A DNA stretch of 64,000 nucleotides. It comes from a virus. Shown here one piece after another: positions 1 to 9,561 of the stretch. Within the stretch, counting starts at the first letter, position 1, and each line of letters opens with the position of its first letter. The stretch is from positions 64,380 to 128,379 of the IMG/VR virus record IMGVR_UViG_3300045988_141926, one strand, 5' to 3'. The position numbers and the translations under genes were made by a program. The notes under the pieces are model-generated. The model saw only the letters and a list, made by a program, of their open reading frames with translations. It was not told where the DNA came from and ran no database searches.

Positions 1-116
1 GGAAGAGGGTTATTCAGTAAGTTATTGGGATTATGATGGACAAGCCTGGGGCAATATTTGCGAGGGCGATATTGTTCTTCATTGGATGCCGTTTACAAAA
101 TGGTGGGAGGAGCCTA

Positions 117-803
117 ATGCATAAGTTTTTGTGTATGCTGATGGTCGTGTTGACCATCCTGATGTGTACTGGTTGTGGCGGGCCGAAGGGTGAAACTTTG
201 AGTGGCGACAATGGTCCAGAAGATGAAGCAGTAAAAATCACATTCAACGCCGATTTCTATGACAATGCCGGCGACCTGTGGCTGAGCGCGACTGGCTCCA
301 CTTTCAATATTGAGCCGAACAAGGTGAAGGAATATACTTACAGCACCGAAGGATACTGGCAGTATAACTGGGCAATGTCCTCTGTAATGTCTGTGTATAT
401 TGACGGCAAGCAGATTGATTCGTGCGGTTCAACTATTATTTTCGCCGATAACCGCCTTGAAATTCTGGATATGAATATTCCTGAGGTTATTAATACTCAC
501 GCTCGCACTAATGATGCTTATATTGATGTTAATGAGCCTTGGTACAGTATGAATTGGACTGACTACTGGACTGTTCAGTGGTGGTGTATTAATGAACAGT
601 CTCACGGGCGCACTGTGAAGCCTCGTGTTGTTGTGATTCAATCTCAGACAGGCGAGCCTATCCGAATGTATAGCGGGTCTGATGTTAGTTGGGAACTTTG
701 TAAGAATTTGCCCAAGACCACGCATATCACAATCGACGGTATGGATTTGTATGTTCATAGAGCCAATTTTTCAATTATTGATACAAGTATTTTGAAGGGA
801 TGA
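117..803 (+). CDS. putative lipoprotein (signal peptide with lipobox LMCTGC)
   Basis: ORF 33..803; internal ATG at 117 preceded by GGGAGGAG RBS; hydrophobic N-terminus ending in Cys lipobox. Confidence 0.55.
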   Translation: MHKFLCMLMVVLTILMCTGCGGPKGETLSGDNGPEDEAVKITFNADFYDNAGDLWLSATGSTFNIEPNKVKEYTYSTEGYWQYNWAMSSVMSVYIDGKQIDSCGSTIIFADNRLEILDMNIPEVINTHARTNDAYIDVNEPWYSMNWTDYWTVQWWCINEQSHGRTVKPRVVVIQSQTGEPIRMYSGSDVSWELCKNLPKTTHITIDGMDLYVHRANFSIIDTSILKG

Positions 804-826
804 GGTCTAACGCCTCATCCCTTTTT
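804..826 (+). terminator. rho-independent terminator hairpin (GAGGTCTAACGCCTC + T-run) abutting next promoter -35
   Basis: inverted repeat followed by TTTTTTTGATTTTT. Confidence 0.6.
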
Positions 827-870
827 TTGATTTTTATTAAAAAATATTATATAATATATATATAAGATGA
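827..870 (+). promoter_or_regulatory. conserved phage promoter/leader (TTGATT-17nt-TATAAT-ATATATAAGA..AAGGGA)
   Basis: sigma70-like -35/-10 with 17-nt spacer; family repeated >25x in window. Confidence 0.65.
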
Positions 871-1605
871 ATGAAGGGAATGATACAAATGGTAGCGAAG
901 TCTTTCCAGTCCTACGCTATTGTGAGCGAGGTATATACTGTTAATGGACGTCAGTATGTAAAGGTCCAGAATCCCCGGAACGGTAGCACCAGACAAGTGC
1001 GGTGGTATAGCGAGGACGAATACAATAAGATGTATGGCATCGCCGAACCGCAGAGCATTCCCTTTAAAACTCAGAAAATTGTTCTAGGTTTCGTAGATGA
1101 TTATATCACCATTTTCAAGAATGGTGGAATGGATGAAAACAATGAGTATTTCAAGTATTCTCCTGCCCGGTATTGCCGGCTGTGGGGCTGGTATTTCCCT
1201 TCTGATATCGACCTTCCTGAGGATTTGCCTGCTGACTGTAATCCTATGAAACTGGAATGGGCGCTGGTTGGTAATGATGACGAGAAGTTGAAGACTGATG
1301 CCGAAATCCACGAGAACATTGATGCTCTGTTGTGGCCGGAGCATCCCAGTCAGTACCAGGGCGCCGTTGGTGAGCGCATCGACCGCAATATTGTGGTTAT
1401 CCGCAATTACAAACTGGAAACCAAGTATGGTAATTCCAATATGATGACCTTTGAGGATGAGCAGGGCAACATTTATCTCTGGACTACTACCGCGAAGGAT
1501 TGGCCCGAGGGTACTAAGCATCGTATCCGTGGAACTGTAAAGAGCTATAACCTCTACCATAACATTCATCAGACTGTATTAACTCGCGTTGCGGAGGTAA
1601 GATAA
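871..1605 (+). CDS. hypothetical protein
   Basis: 244-aa ORF directly downstream of conserved promoter/RBS. Confidence 0.6.
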   Translation: MKGMIQMVAKSFQSYAIVSEVYTVNGRQYVKVQNPRNGSTRQVRWYSEDEYNKMYGIAEPQSIPFKTQKIVLGFVDDYITIFKNGGMDENNEYFKYSPARYCRLWGWYFPSDIDLPEDLPADCNPMKLEWALVGNDDEKLKTDAEIHENIDALLWPEHPSQYQGAVGERIDRNIVVIRNYKLETKYGNSNMMTFEDEQGNIYLWTTTAKDWPEGTKHRIRGTVKSYNLYHNIHQTVLTRVAEVR

Positions 1606-1606
1606 T

Positions 1607-1876
1607 ATGAAAATGTATATTTATTATGCCAATGAGGGTCTGAATTTTACAAAGCAGGTAATTATTGCTGAAAATGACGCACAAGCCAAGGCATATGTTT
1701 ATAATCTAATCCGTAGAGCACGCGCCAATGGAGAATCTACGCAGTTTACTGGTCCGATGGAATTTAATGCGGCGTTTATGATGGATTGCCTCGCTCCTAA
1801 AAACATCAGCAATAAGAAATATCGTCTGACAAAGTTTGAATGTGAGATTGAAGAAAGACCTTGGGGGGAAATGTAA
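1607..1876 (+). CDS. hypothetical protein
   Basis: 89-aa ORF, tightly packed operon. Confidence 0.5.
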   Translation: MKMYIYYANEGLNFTKQVIIAENDAQAKAYVYNLIRRARANGESTQFTGPMEFNAAFMMDCLAPKNISNKKYRLTKFECEIEERPWGEM

Positions 1877-2277
1877 TGTGTGATTATTGTAATCCTAAGA
1901 TGTATGACCGCGAAGTCTATTATGATACTACCTCTGATACCTGGTTTCTTGACATTGAAACCGGAGAGTGGAGTGATTATAATGATGATTTCATTCATAT
2001 TCATCGCCAGATAAACTATTGTCCGTATTGTGGTCGGCGTTTGCGCTGTAAAGACAAGAAGAACGAAGTCCAAACTGATGATTATGGTCCGGATTCTCCG
2101 TTCATTCCCAATCCTACAAACTGTGGTTCGAGTTATTTGAATTATAATGCCTGGACTGGTGATGAAATGACAATGTGTAGATTGGATTATAATCATTGTC
2201 CAGTAGCAGAGAAAAACGAGAAATGTCCATTTATTCCAACTTATGAGGAGACAGTTGCTTATGAAAATCCTTGTTGA
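1861..2277 (+). CDS. hypothetical Cys-rich (zinc-ribbon-like) protein
   Basis: CxxC...CxxC pairs in 138-aa ORF. Confidence 0.5.
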   Translation: MGGNVMCDYCNPKMYDREVYYDTTSDTWFLDIETGEWSDYNDDFIHIHRQINYCPYCGRRLRCKDKKNEVQTDDYGPDSPFIPNPTNCGSSYLNYNAWTGDEMTMCRLDYNHCPVAEKNEKCPFIPTYEETVAYENPC

Positions 2278-2539
2278 TGAAATGCCCACTCAGGTAGAAG
2301 ATTGCCCTTGGTCATATCCTACTGAAAATCCTTGGAATGACCACACAATTTGGTTTTGCCAGTGGGCGCAGAGCAATGGCGAAACTTGTCCTATGATAAA
2401 AGGTTGTGAGTGCCCTTATTTTAAACAGAGCGATTTTAATCGTATCGTTGATGCCTTTAATGCCGTTCCCGAGACTTATCCTATTCGCACCCAAGAGGTA
2501 AAAGAATTTATTATCCGTAATCCCAATAGAAAGGATTGA
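2243..2539 (+). CDS. hypothetical protein
   Basis: 98-aa ORF. Confidence 0.45.
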   Translation: MRRQLLMKILVDEMPTQVEDCPWSYPTENPWNDHTIWFCQWAQSNGETCPMIKGCECPYFKQSDFNRIVDAFNAVPETYPIRTQEVKEFIIRNPNRKD

Positions 2540-2856
2540 TTGATATGAATATCTATACGTGGCACGTTATCCGATTCAAGGATGCTTATGCTCTGTGTAA
2601 GTGGGCTATCAAGAACTATGATGTTGACTTCTGGGATATGTGGGATATGCTCATCTCCCAGTGTGAGATGCCTAATGAAGACCTTGTCCGCATTGATTTC
2701 ATCGAGGATGGTTTCCTCTCTATGGACGAGAATCTGGACAAGGAAGAGTTCGATTATAACTGTCTGTTCAATCTGATTATTGGCACTATCCGCAAGGAGT
2801 GTCTGGCCAATGATAATTGGACGGGCAACGAAGTGTATGTCGAGATGAACCGATGA
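2536..2856 (+). CDS. hypothetical protein
   Basis: 106-aa ORF overlapping upstream stop (ATGA). Confidence 0.5.
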   Translation: MIDMNIYTWHVIRFKDAYALCKWAIKNYDVDFWDMWDMLISQCEMPNEDLVRIDFIEDGFLSMDENLDKEEFDYNCLFNLIIGTIRKECLANDNWTGNEVYVEMNR

Positions 2857-2870
2857 AAATGAGGTAAAAG

Positions 2871-3038
2871 AATGATTTATTGTGCGTTTGACCCGTTGAA
2901 TATCCCTAAGGACCCGAACACCAATGAGGATATTCACGTTTGTAAGAACTATGATTCGTTTTTGTGCGCGAAGTGCCCGAGTCGATATGACGGCGACCGC
3001 ATTAAAGAATATATGGAGTCTCACCCTCGTGAACATTA
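2871..3038 (+). CDS. hypothetical small Cys-containing protein
   Basis: 55-aa ORF with AGGTAAAAGA-ATG start; overlaps alternative-frame ORF 2924..3340. Confidence 0.35.
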
Positions 3039-3345
3039 AGTTTTTGAAAGATTATGGGCTTTTAGTCCGCGAAATAAGAGTATCTAATCCAGAAGAATGG
3101 GGTGGAAGGAAGAGTATTAACGCGCAAATGTGGTATCCAAGAAAAGATACCGTGCGCATAGCGTTTTTCACTGGTGAACGAAAAATCGCTTATTTTGATT
3201 TTAATGTATGGGACCGCGATACTAATTGGGATTGGTGTAAGAAGTGGTTTTGGGAGGCCCTCCCTGAAAATGGAATAGATATGAAATGGATGTATGAACA
3301 CGGATATCACCCTTATGAAGATGAAGGTCTAAATACATAATAAAT

Positions 3346-3389
3346 GTTTATAAGGATAACTTTCTATAAGTTATCCTTATTTTTTTTTA
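3346..3389 (+). terminator. rho-independent terminator (AAGGATAACTT..AAGTTATCCTT + T9)
   Basis: perfect 11-bp hairpin followed by T-run merging into TTGATTTTT -35. Confidence 0.65.
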
Positions 3390-3450
3390 TTGATTTTTAT
3401 TAAAAAATATAATATAATATATATATAAGGTAAAGGAAGGAAATGGGCTT
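3390..3450 (+). promoter_or_regulatory. conserved phage promoter/leader
   Basis: TTGATT-18-TATAAT-ATATATAAGGTAAAGGAAGG. Confidence 0.6.
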
Positions 3451-3816
3451 ATGATGTATAAGATTGAGTATGGTCTATATAATATAATCAATGAAGGCAT
3501 ATGTAAAGGTCGTATATTTATTAATGCCTCTAATGTGGAACAAGCTCAATCCAAAGCGATACGACTAGCTCATAGTTTATTTTTTCGTAAAGTAAATGAA
3601 AACCGTGTCCGATTCCCCAGCCAGAAGAAAGTTTATGAAAAAGTAATAAATGATTTACATTTACCTAATACTTGGGATAAATGGGATGCTACTTGGGACT
3701 ATGTTAATAATCTATATTGGTCAATGATTGATGACTATGTTTGGTATAAAATAGAAGAAGCCCCTGACGTACCTCTTTCGTTAATACCAATAGAAGAAGA
3801 GTGGGAGGAGTTCTAA
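3451..3816 (+). CDS. hypothetical protein
   Basis: 121-aa ORF. Confidence 0.55.
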   Translation: MMYKIEYGLYNIINEGICKGRIFINASNVEQAQSKAIRLAHSLFFRKVNENRVRFPSQKKVYEKVINDLHLPNTWDKWDATWDYVNNLYWSMIDDYVWYKIEEAPDVPLSLIPIEEEWEEF

Positions 3817-4172
3817 TGTTTCAGAAATATTTGCTTACATATGGCACTTATGATGTGGGCGATATGATAACTATGACTCGTTATAGCAAGAGTCTTGAAG
3901 AGGCTCTTGAAGATGCTCAATGTATTGCTCGTAATCATTTTGAAGCTCTGGTTCGTGGAAAGAGAATCAGATGGAAACATTCTATTGGCGAGTTTGTTGA
4001 AGAGTATCGAGATAAAGTAAAATATTTGACTGGCAAACGTCCGGTGGGTCCAGAATATAAAGGTCAATCATTTTGGAACCTTGGATACAATAAATACAGT
4101 GATATGCTTGAAGACCATATTTGGTATCAGGCAGAACTGATTGACATTAAAAACCCATTTGAGGAGTTGTAA
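3816..4172 (+). CDS. hypothetical protein
   Basis: ORF 3801..4172; likely start MFQKY at 3816. Confidence 0.5.
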   Translation: MFQKYLLTYGTYDVGDMITMTRYSKSLEEALEDAQCIARNHFEALVRGKRIRWKHSIGEFVEEYRDKVKYLTGKRPVGPEYKGQSFWNLGYNKYSDMLEDHIWYQAELIDIKNPFEEL

Positions 4173-4174
4173 TT

Positions 4175-4483
4175 ATGAATTATCGTTATCATATAAAATA
4201 TGGTTTGAGGTCTGATGACCGAGCCCGTTCCGCATTTATTGTTTGCGACCCTGGTGTGGTCAATATGCGCGCTCAGATTATTGTAGATACCTTTTATGAT
4301 AATTTGGTTGAGCAGGGTGTTATTTTCGATAATACTATTGACTATTATGTCGAGCAGGTGCGCGATGAGTTGGCCAAAGAACATATCCAGTGGGCCGAAG
4401 AGGCTATTTGGGTAGATGCGTATACCCGTTATTACACTCATCGTTCTCTCGCTACTTGGTATCAGGTTGAGGAGGCATATTGA
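4175..4483 (+). CDS. hypothetical protein
   Basis: 102-aa ORF with GAGGAGTTGTAATT-ATG. Confidence 0.5.
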   Translation: MNYRYHIKYGLRSDDRARSAFIVCDPGVVNMRAQIIVDTFYDNLVEQGVIFDNTIDYYVEQVRDELAKEHIQWAEEAIWVDAYTRYYTHRSLATWYQVEEAY

Positions 4484-4628
4484 TGGATTATACAGATGTA
4501 TTTGCTAGCATTATCAAAGAGGCTGTTAACGCCGATTTGGCTGACTGGTATGTAGATACCTATTTTTGTGGTAATTGGCATATGTTCGAGGACGCATTCC
4601 GCAGAGAGTTTGGCAAAAATCTATTCGA

Positions 4629-4680
4629 TTGATTTTTTAAAAAAAATATAATATAATATATATATAAGATAAGAAAGGGA
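4629..4680 (+). promoter_or_regulatory. conserved phage promoter/leader
   Basis: TTGATTTTTTAAAAAAAATATAATATAATATATATATAAGATAAGAAAGGGA. Confidence 0.6.
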
Positions 4681-4998
4681 TTGATGGATATGATTAAGGT
4701 CTTAGTTCTGGACGATGGTTATCACGATAAGGAAGCCGTGATGTTTTATGACAACAAGACTCTGTTGAAGACTAGTCTGGCATATTTCATCAATATTCAC
4801 CTGTGCGTTCCTCATCACGAGGACTATCAGGTTAAGACTATCCATTATGAGGATATGGAGGATAACCATCTCGTTGATATGTTTGACCAACTCAGTTGTA
4901 TGAAGTCTGTCGCCCGTATTGATGATGAAGATTTGGTCTGGTATTTTCAGAAGTTGTATGACTCTGATGAAGTTGTAGATGGGTGTGATATTTACTAA
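4681..4998 (+). CDS. hypothetical acidic protein
   Basis: 105-aa ORF. Confidence 0.5.
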   Translation: MMDMIKVLVLDDGYHDKEAVMFYDNKTLLKTSLAYFINIHLCVPHHEDYQVKTIHYEDMEDNHLVDMFDQLSCMKSVARIDDEDLVWYFQKLYDSDEVVDGCDIY

Positions 4999-5237
4999 TG
5001 ACTATCTATAAGATTAAATATATTCTCGATATAGAAGAGGATTATTACCTGTTCCTCAATGATGCTATTGATGCCGGCAATCACTATATTGATAGAATTG
5101 CCGAAGAAGAGGGTAATTGGGACGATGTGATGATTGCCTATGCCAAGAACTGTTTGAAGCATAACCACGAGTTCAAGGGCGTAGTTGAGATTGATGAGAT
5201 TGAGGCACGCGCTTCACGAAATTCCGCTAACTGGTAA
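4998..5237 (+). CDS. hypothetical protein
   Basis: 79-aa ORF, ATGA overlap with upstream gene. Confidence 0.45.
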   Translation: MTIYKIKYILDIEEDYYLFLNDAIDAGNHYIDRIAEEEGNWDDVMIAYAKNCLKHNHEFKGVVEIDEIEARASRNSANW

Positions 5238-5269
5238 TAAAATGTCCGAAATTTCGATAACGCAGGAGA

Positions 5270-5452
5270 GTGATAAGTATGTTTAATATGAATGACCCGT
5301 TCTGGCCCTATGCGAAGCACACCCAAGAGGTAGAAGATATTATTGACGCGCTGGTTCACGCGGACGCGGGCAATTATACTATTGACGTCGATGATGACTT
5401 GTCGCAGTCTGACCTCGACTATATTAAGTCAGAAGTAATGCGACGTAGGTAG
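5270..5452 (+). CDS. hypothetical small acidic protein
   Basis: 60-aa ORF. Confidence 0.35.
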   Translation: MISMFNMNDPFWPYAKHTQEVEDIIDALVHADAGNYTIDVDDDLSQSDLDYIKSEVMRRR

Positions 5453-5462
5453 GAGGAAGATA

Positions 5463-6974
5463 ATGGCAAAAATTAAGCGTCCCACTCTGACTGTTAAATG
5501 TTCTCAGTTTGCGTTCGATGAACTGTTTGAGAAGTTTAATAAGGCAGTCAAGAGTAAGCAATATAAGAAGTTTGATTACGATGCTTGGTGTAAGATTCGT
5601 AAGACAATTAAGGAGCATTGTTCCAGAACTGATAAGACAATTATTCCGACTAATGTTCATTTCGATATTGATACAAATGAAGTATTAGTAGCTATTGGTA
5701 AGGAGGGTGTGGGATTTCAGTCTGACGATAAATCCTTCGGTCAGTTTCTTGCCAATGAGTGGACTCCTCGATTCATTACTGATGTTCTGATGAGTGGTAT
5801 TGAAGTAAGAGAAGTCAGTGATTATGTCATTTCTACGAAGCCTACTCCGACAGAGCAGACTTGGAAGGAAACAATGTGTGCTAATGATAGTTATTGTTAT
5901 AAGATTTACGTTAAACAGCGTGAGGAAATCAATAACTATTACAATGATGTAAATCAGCATTATGAAAAGATTTACACTGACGCTGATAAGTATAAGCCCA
6001 GTTATGCAACCGCTCAGCCCTCTAATTTGAGTTGGAGGGGCATTACAGGCGGTCCCATCGTAGATAATACTGCGACTAAGGCGACTACCAATACTGAGAA
6101 GCCTGATGGTTTTACTATTGATTGGAATGTGCCTACCAGCACTACTAAACCCATTACCAATGCTGTGAAGCCGGATAGTCTCACTCTTGATTGGTTTGCA
6201 ACTACAAGTAGCACGCCTATTAGTGCGGACGATTTGGGTTCTGTTGTTAAACTTAATACCAAGGCTGATGTTATCAAGTTCGAGCCTTGCGCTGACCAGG
6301 TAAACATTTGCTGTGATGACCTGTGTAAAAACTGTAAGAATTACGAAAAAAAGGATAATGAAGAAAAGGAGAATAAAATGAAGGGTTTCAATTTTGATTT
6401 CGGTAAGATTACCAACGATTCCATCCGTATGTCTATGTATGGTATGGCTGTTAAGAATGCCTCTGGTGTCTGGACTGCCTATGATAAGGGCACTGGCGAC
6501 CTGATGGACGTTGACGTGTTCAATTTCGATGGTTCCAATTTCCTGTTCAAGATGCCTGTGGCTATCAAGGACATTGCGGTGGGCGATGTCGTTATCCACG
6601 CACGCAAGCCTATGTTTGTGGTCAGCAAGACCGAGGCCGGCGACCTGGTTGCCATTGACCCCGTGGCTGGTGAGAAGAAGACTATTATGCCGACTCGCTC
6701 ACCTTTTGGATTTAATTTCTGTACTAAGATTATCTCCCTGTTTGATAACCTGATGGGCCAGACTCCTACCTCTGAGAACCCCTTCGGTAATCTGTGGATG
6801 CTGATGCTGATGGATGGCAAGTCCGATATGAAGGATATGCTGATTCCTATGATGCTGATGAGTCAGGCCAATGGTTCTACCAATGCGTTTAACCCTATGA
6901 TGCTGATGCTGATGAATGATGGCGATATGAAGGACATCGCCCTGCCTCTGATGCTGATGAATCAGGTTAAGTAA
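5463..6974 (+). CDS. hypothetical protein with C-terminal Met-rich tandem repeats (MLMLMxDGxxMKDM x3)
   Basis: 503-aa ORF; GGAGGAAGATA-ATG; repeats visible 6790-6960. Confidence 0.6.
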   Translation: MAKIKRPTLTVKCSQFAFDELFEKFNKAVKSKQYKKFDYDAWCKIRKTIKEHCSRTDKTIIPTNVHFDIDTNEVLVAIGKEGVGFQSDDKSFGQFLANEWTPRFITDVLMSGIEVREVSDYVISTKPTPTEQTWKETMCANDSYCYKIYVKQREEINNYYNDVNQHYEKIYTDADKYKPSYATAQPSNLSWRGITGGPIVDNTATKATTNTEKPDGFTIDWNVPTSTTKPITNAVKPDSLTLDWFATTSSTPISADDLGSVVKLNTKADVIKFEPCADQVNICCDDLCKNCKNYEKKDNEEKENKMKGFNFDFGKITNDSIRMSMYGMAVKNASGVWTAYDKGTGDLMDVDVFNFDGSNFLFKMPVAIKDIAVGDVVIHARKPMFVVSKTEAGDLVAIDPVAGEKKTIMPTRSPFGFNFCTKIISLFDNLMGQTPTSENPFGNLWMLMLMDGKSDMKDMLIPMMLMSQANGSTNAFNPMMLMLMNDGDMKDIALPLMLMNQVK

Positions 6975-7004
6975 TATATATCCCCCAGTTTGTTGATTTC
7001 ATCC

Positions 7005-7045
7005 CCAAAAATAAGGGTCTTACCTCTCGGCGGTAAGACCCTTAT
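7005..7045 (+). terminator. rho-independent terminator (AATAAGGGTCTTACC..GGTAAGACCCTTATT)
   Basis: 15-bp inverted repeat + T-run merging into -35. Confidence 0.65.
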
Positions 7046-7108
7046 TTGATTTTTTTATAAATTTATAATATAATATATATATAAGATGAAGAAAGGAAAT
7101 GATACAAA
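7046..7108 (+). promoter_or_regulatory. conserved phage promoter/leader
   Basis: TTGATTTTTTTATAAATTTATAATATAATATATATATAAGATGAAGAAAGGAAA. Confidence 0.6.
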
Positions 7109-8851
7109 ATGAATCTGTATGACGCCCTGACTACGGAAGATATTGACCTGATTCGTGCTTACATTGAGGCATATGGCGGTAAGAATGATGAGTATGATGC
7201 GACTGGTTGTTGCGTTCAGTCTATGCCGAACACGATGGCGCCGTGGGCAGAGGCTAAGGAGCGTCTCTACACGATGTTCGGTGAGCAGATTATTCTGAGG
7301 AAGTCCTTCAACTTTTCTAAGGGAGCTGATGAGCTGGCTGATGAAATCAATGAAGCTCGTTATCGTAGAGATGATAATGGCATCGCTAAGATGGAGGCCC
7401 TGATTCGTGAAAATTTCTGGATGCGGAGTAATTATTCCGCGTTGGGTCTAACTGACGAGGAAGCAGATAACATTACTCGTCTGGTTGATTCTTATATGCT
7501 GGCTAATAACTCTTGGAGCCGCTCTGAGTTCACTGTGAATGGCATTCGTGTGAATACCGGCGCCAAGGTTGTGAAGATTCTGGGTAAGATTCTCGCTACC
7601 TTTGAGAACCAGGAGTGGAATGAAATCTTCGAAGAGTTTCGTCTGGAACATTCTCGTATCCTCAATCAGAAGAAGCTGACTGGCGAACTGTGCCTGTCTA
7701 TTCACCCTCTGGATTTTATGACAATGAGCGATAATAACGAGGGTTGGGACAGTTGTATGAGCTGGCAGGCTTGCGGTGATTATCGTCAGGGCACCGTAGA
7801 GATGATGAACTCTCCTTGTGTCGTGGTGGCGTATCTGCGAAATCCCAACTATAAGATGGATATTCCTGATGGTCATTGGAACAGTAAGAAGTGGCGTTGT
7901 CTGTTTGTTGTTGACCGCGATGTTATTGTTAATATTCGCGAGTATCCCTATTGTAATGATGAACTGGTGGGCGAGTGCCTGAACTGGTTGAAGAGCCTGG
8001 CCGAGAAGAACCTTCATTATCAGTATCGTGATACTACCTGTCGGTATCGCGCTGATTGCGAGAACAGTGTTCAGGTTGGCGAGAAGAAAATTCCTGTGAA
8101 TTTTTCTACTGGTCATATGTATAGCGATTTCCGTTTTGAGCATCTGATGTATCTGAATGCCGCTCTGCCGGAGAAGATTGACATTTATTACTCTGGCGTG
8201 AGCGAGTGCCTGAGTTGTGGTAAGACTTCCAGCGGCTATGATGAAAGCCTCCTGAGTTCCAATGATTTGATTTGTCATAGCTGTAATGGCGATGGCGAGT
8301 GCGAAGAGTGCGGTCATTATTGTGATGCTGATGAATTGTATGAGGTTGAGGGTCGTTTGATTTGTCAGGATTGCTATGATAACGAGACTGCTGAGTGCCC
8401 GGCCTGTCAGCGTAATATTGACTTCTACAATTCCAAGTGTGAGGATTGGCGCGACCAATTGCCTGGTCCTGAGCGCCATTTCATCCATAGCGATAATACA
8501 TTTGAAATCGCGTTCAATGGCTATATCACTCATCTCCACTTTGATACTCTGTGTGAGTGTTGTGCTAAGAAGATTCGTTCTGGCGAAATCAAGGATTATG
8601 GCCCCGTTGAGCAGTTTGTTGATAAGTGGAACATTTCTCATACCTATCTGGATTTGGAGAAGATGACTGAGGACGCCGTTCAGGACGTTATCCCTTGGAA
8701 CGGTAAGGGCTGGATGAAGAATCGCAGAGACAATCCTAACCGCAGTTGGGTGAGTATCGAGAAGGGATATTGCGATTTTGATAAGGGTTATTTCGTTGAT
8801 GAAGATGGGAACGAAATCAAGAATCCTCACCCGCTCTTCTTCCCCAATTAA
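7109..8851 (+). CDS. hypothetical protein, family A (WNSKKWRCL / IPWNG motifs, Cys-rich zinc-ribbon C-terminus)
   Basis: 580-aa ORF; paralog of 11472..12935. Confidence 0.65.
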   Translation: MNLYDALTTEDIDLIRAYIEAYGGKNDEYDATGCCVQSMPNTMAPWAEAKERLYTMFGEQIILRKSFNFSKGADELADEINEARYRRDDNGIAKMEALIRENFWMRSNYSALGLTDEEADNITRLVDSYMLANNSWSRSEFTVNGIRVNTGAKVVKILGKILATFENQEWNEIFEEFRLEHSRILNQKKLTGELCLSIHPLDFMTMSDNNEGWDSCMSWQACGDYRQGTVEMMNSPCVVVAYLRNPNYKMDIPDGHWNSKKWRCLFVVDRDVIVNIREYPYCNDELVGECLNWLKSLAEKNLHYQYRDTTCRYRADCENSVQVGEKKIPVNFSTGHMYSDFRFEHLMYLNAALPEKIDIYYSGVSECLSCGKTSSGYDESLLSSNDLICHSCNGDGECEECGHYCDADELYEVEGRLICQDCYDNETAECPACQRNIDFYNSKCEDWRDQLPGPERHFIHSDNTFEIAFNGYITHLHFDTLCECCAKKIRSGEIKDYGPVEQFVDKWNISHTYLDLEKMTEDAVQDVIPWNGKGWMKNRRDNPNRSWVSIEKGYCDFDKGYFVDEDGNEIKNPHPLFFPN

Positions 8852-8943
8852 CTAGTTCAATATAAAGTGTTTTGATTTTTTTAAAAAAAAATTATATAAT
8901 ATATATGTAAGGTAAAGGAAGACCTTACAACAAAAATAAATTT

Positions 8944-9369
8944 TTGAAAGAGGTACATACTATGAAGACTACTGACCGCACTACTAAGCGTGATTTCTAT
9001 GAGGCTATTATCAAGGCTATGGAGACCGGCGAGACTGATATCGAGCCCACCAAGATTATCGAGTTCTGTGAGAACGAGATTGCCCTGCTGGATAAGAAGG
9101 CCGATAAGGCTAAGGAGCGCGCCGCAGCTAAGAAGGCCGAGGCTGACGAGCTGATGGATAAGGTGTATGCCGTCCTGAGCGACACCGAGTTTATGACTCG
9201 TAATGCTGTGATGGATGCTCTGGGCGATGTGCCCGAGGATGTGAGCATTGCCAAAGTTGGCGCTCGCCTGACTAAGCTGGTTGGCGCAGAGAAGGTCGAG
9301 AAGGCTGAGCAGACCGTGGCTAATGCCGAGGGCAAGAAGTCCAAGGTGATGGGGTATAGAAAAATCTAA
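8944..9369 (+). CDS. hypothetical Lys/Ala/Glu-rich protein
   Basis: 141-aa ORF downstream of promoter at 8872. Confidence 0.5.
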   Translation: MKEVHTMKTTDRTTKRDFYEAIIKAMETGETDIEPTKIIEFCENEIALLDKKADKAKERAAAKKAEADELMDKVYAVLSDTEFMTRNAVMDALGDVPEDVSIAKVGARLTKLVGAEKVEKAEQTVANAEGKKSKVMGYRKI

Positions 9370-9398
9370 TCGGGACACGCCGATTCTTGAATGAGGTT

Positions 9399-9427
9399 AG
9401 GATTTAATTCCTAACCTCATTTTTCTA
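9399..9427 (+). terminator. rho-independent terminator (GAGGTTAGGATTTAATTCCTAACCTC + T-run)
   Basis: hairpin + TTTTTCT. Confidence 0.6.
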
Positions 9428-9490
9428 TGGGTCTGCTCCGGGCGAGGTCGGGGGCAAAGACCGAAAACCTAAATCAAAATATGGCTTACT
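9428..9490 (+). ncRNA. conserved ~60-nt element (CTCCGGGCGAGG..GG..AAAGACCGAAAAyCyAAATCAAAAaTGG), copy 1
   Basis: near-identical copy at 39478..39545; both lie between a terminator/non-coding region and a promoter. Confidence 0.35.
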
Positions 9491-9561
9491 AATTTTTTGA
9501 CCAATTTATTGACATATATTAAAAAATATGCTATAATAAAAACAAAAAAGGATTTATTATA

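Noticed and set aside
5685-6599. 304-aa minus-strand ORF
   Set aside because: Antisense to 5463..6974, with no RBS or promoter context. Every other gene here is on the + strand.
7448-8830. 460-aa ORF on minus strand
   Set aside because: Entirely antisense to the motif-rich + strand gene 7109..8851, with a low-complexity I/L/T-rich translation. It is a shadow ORF.
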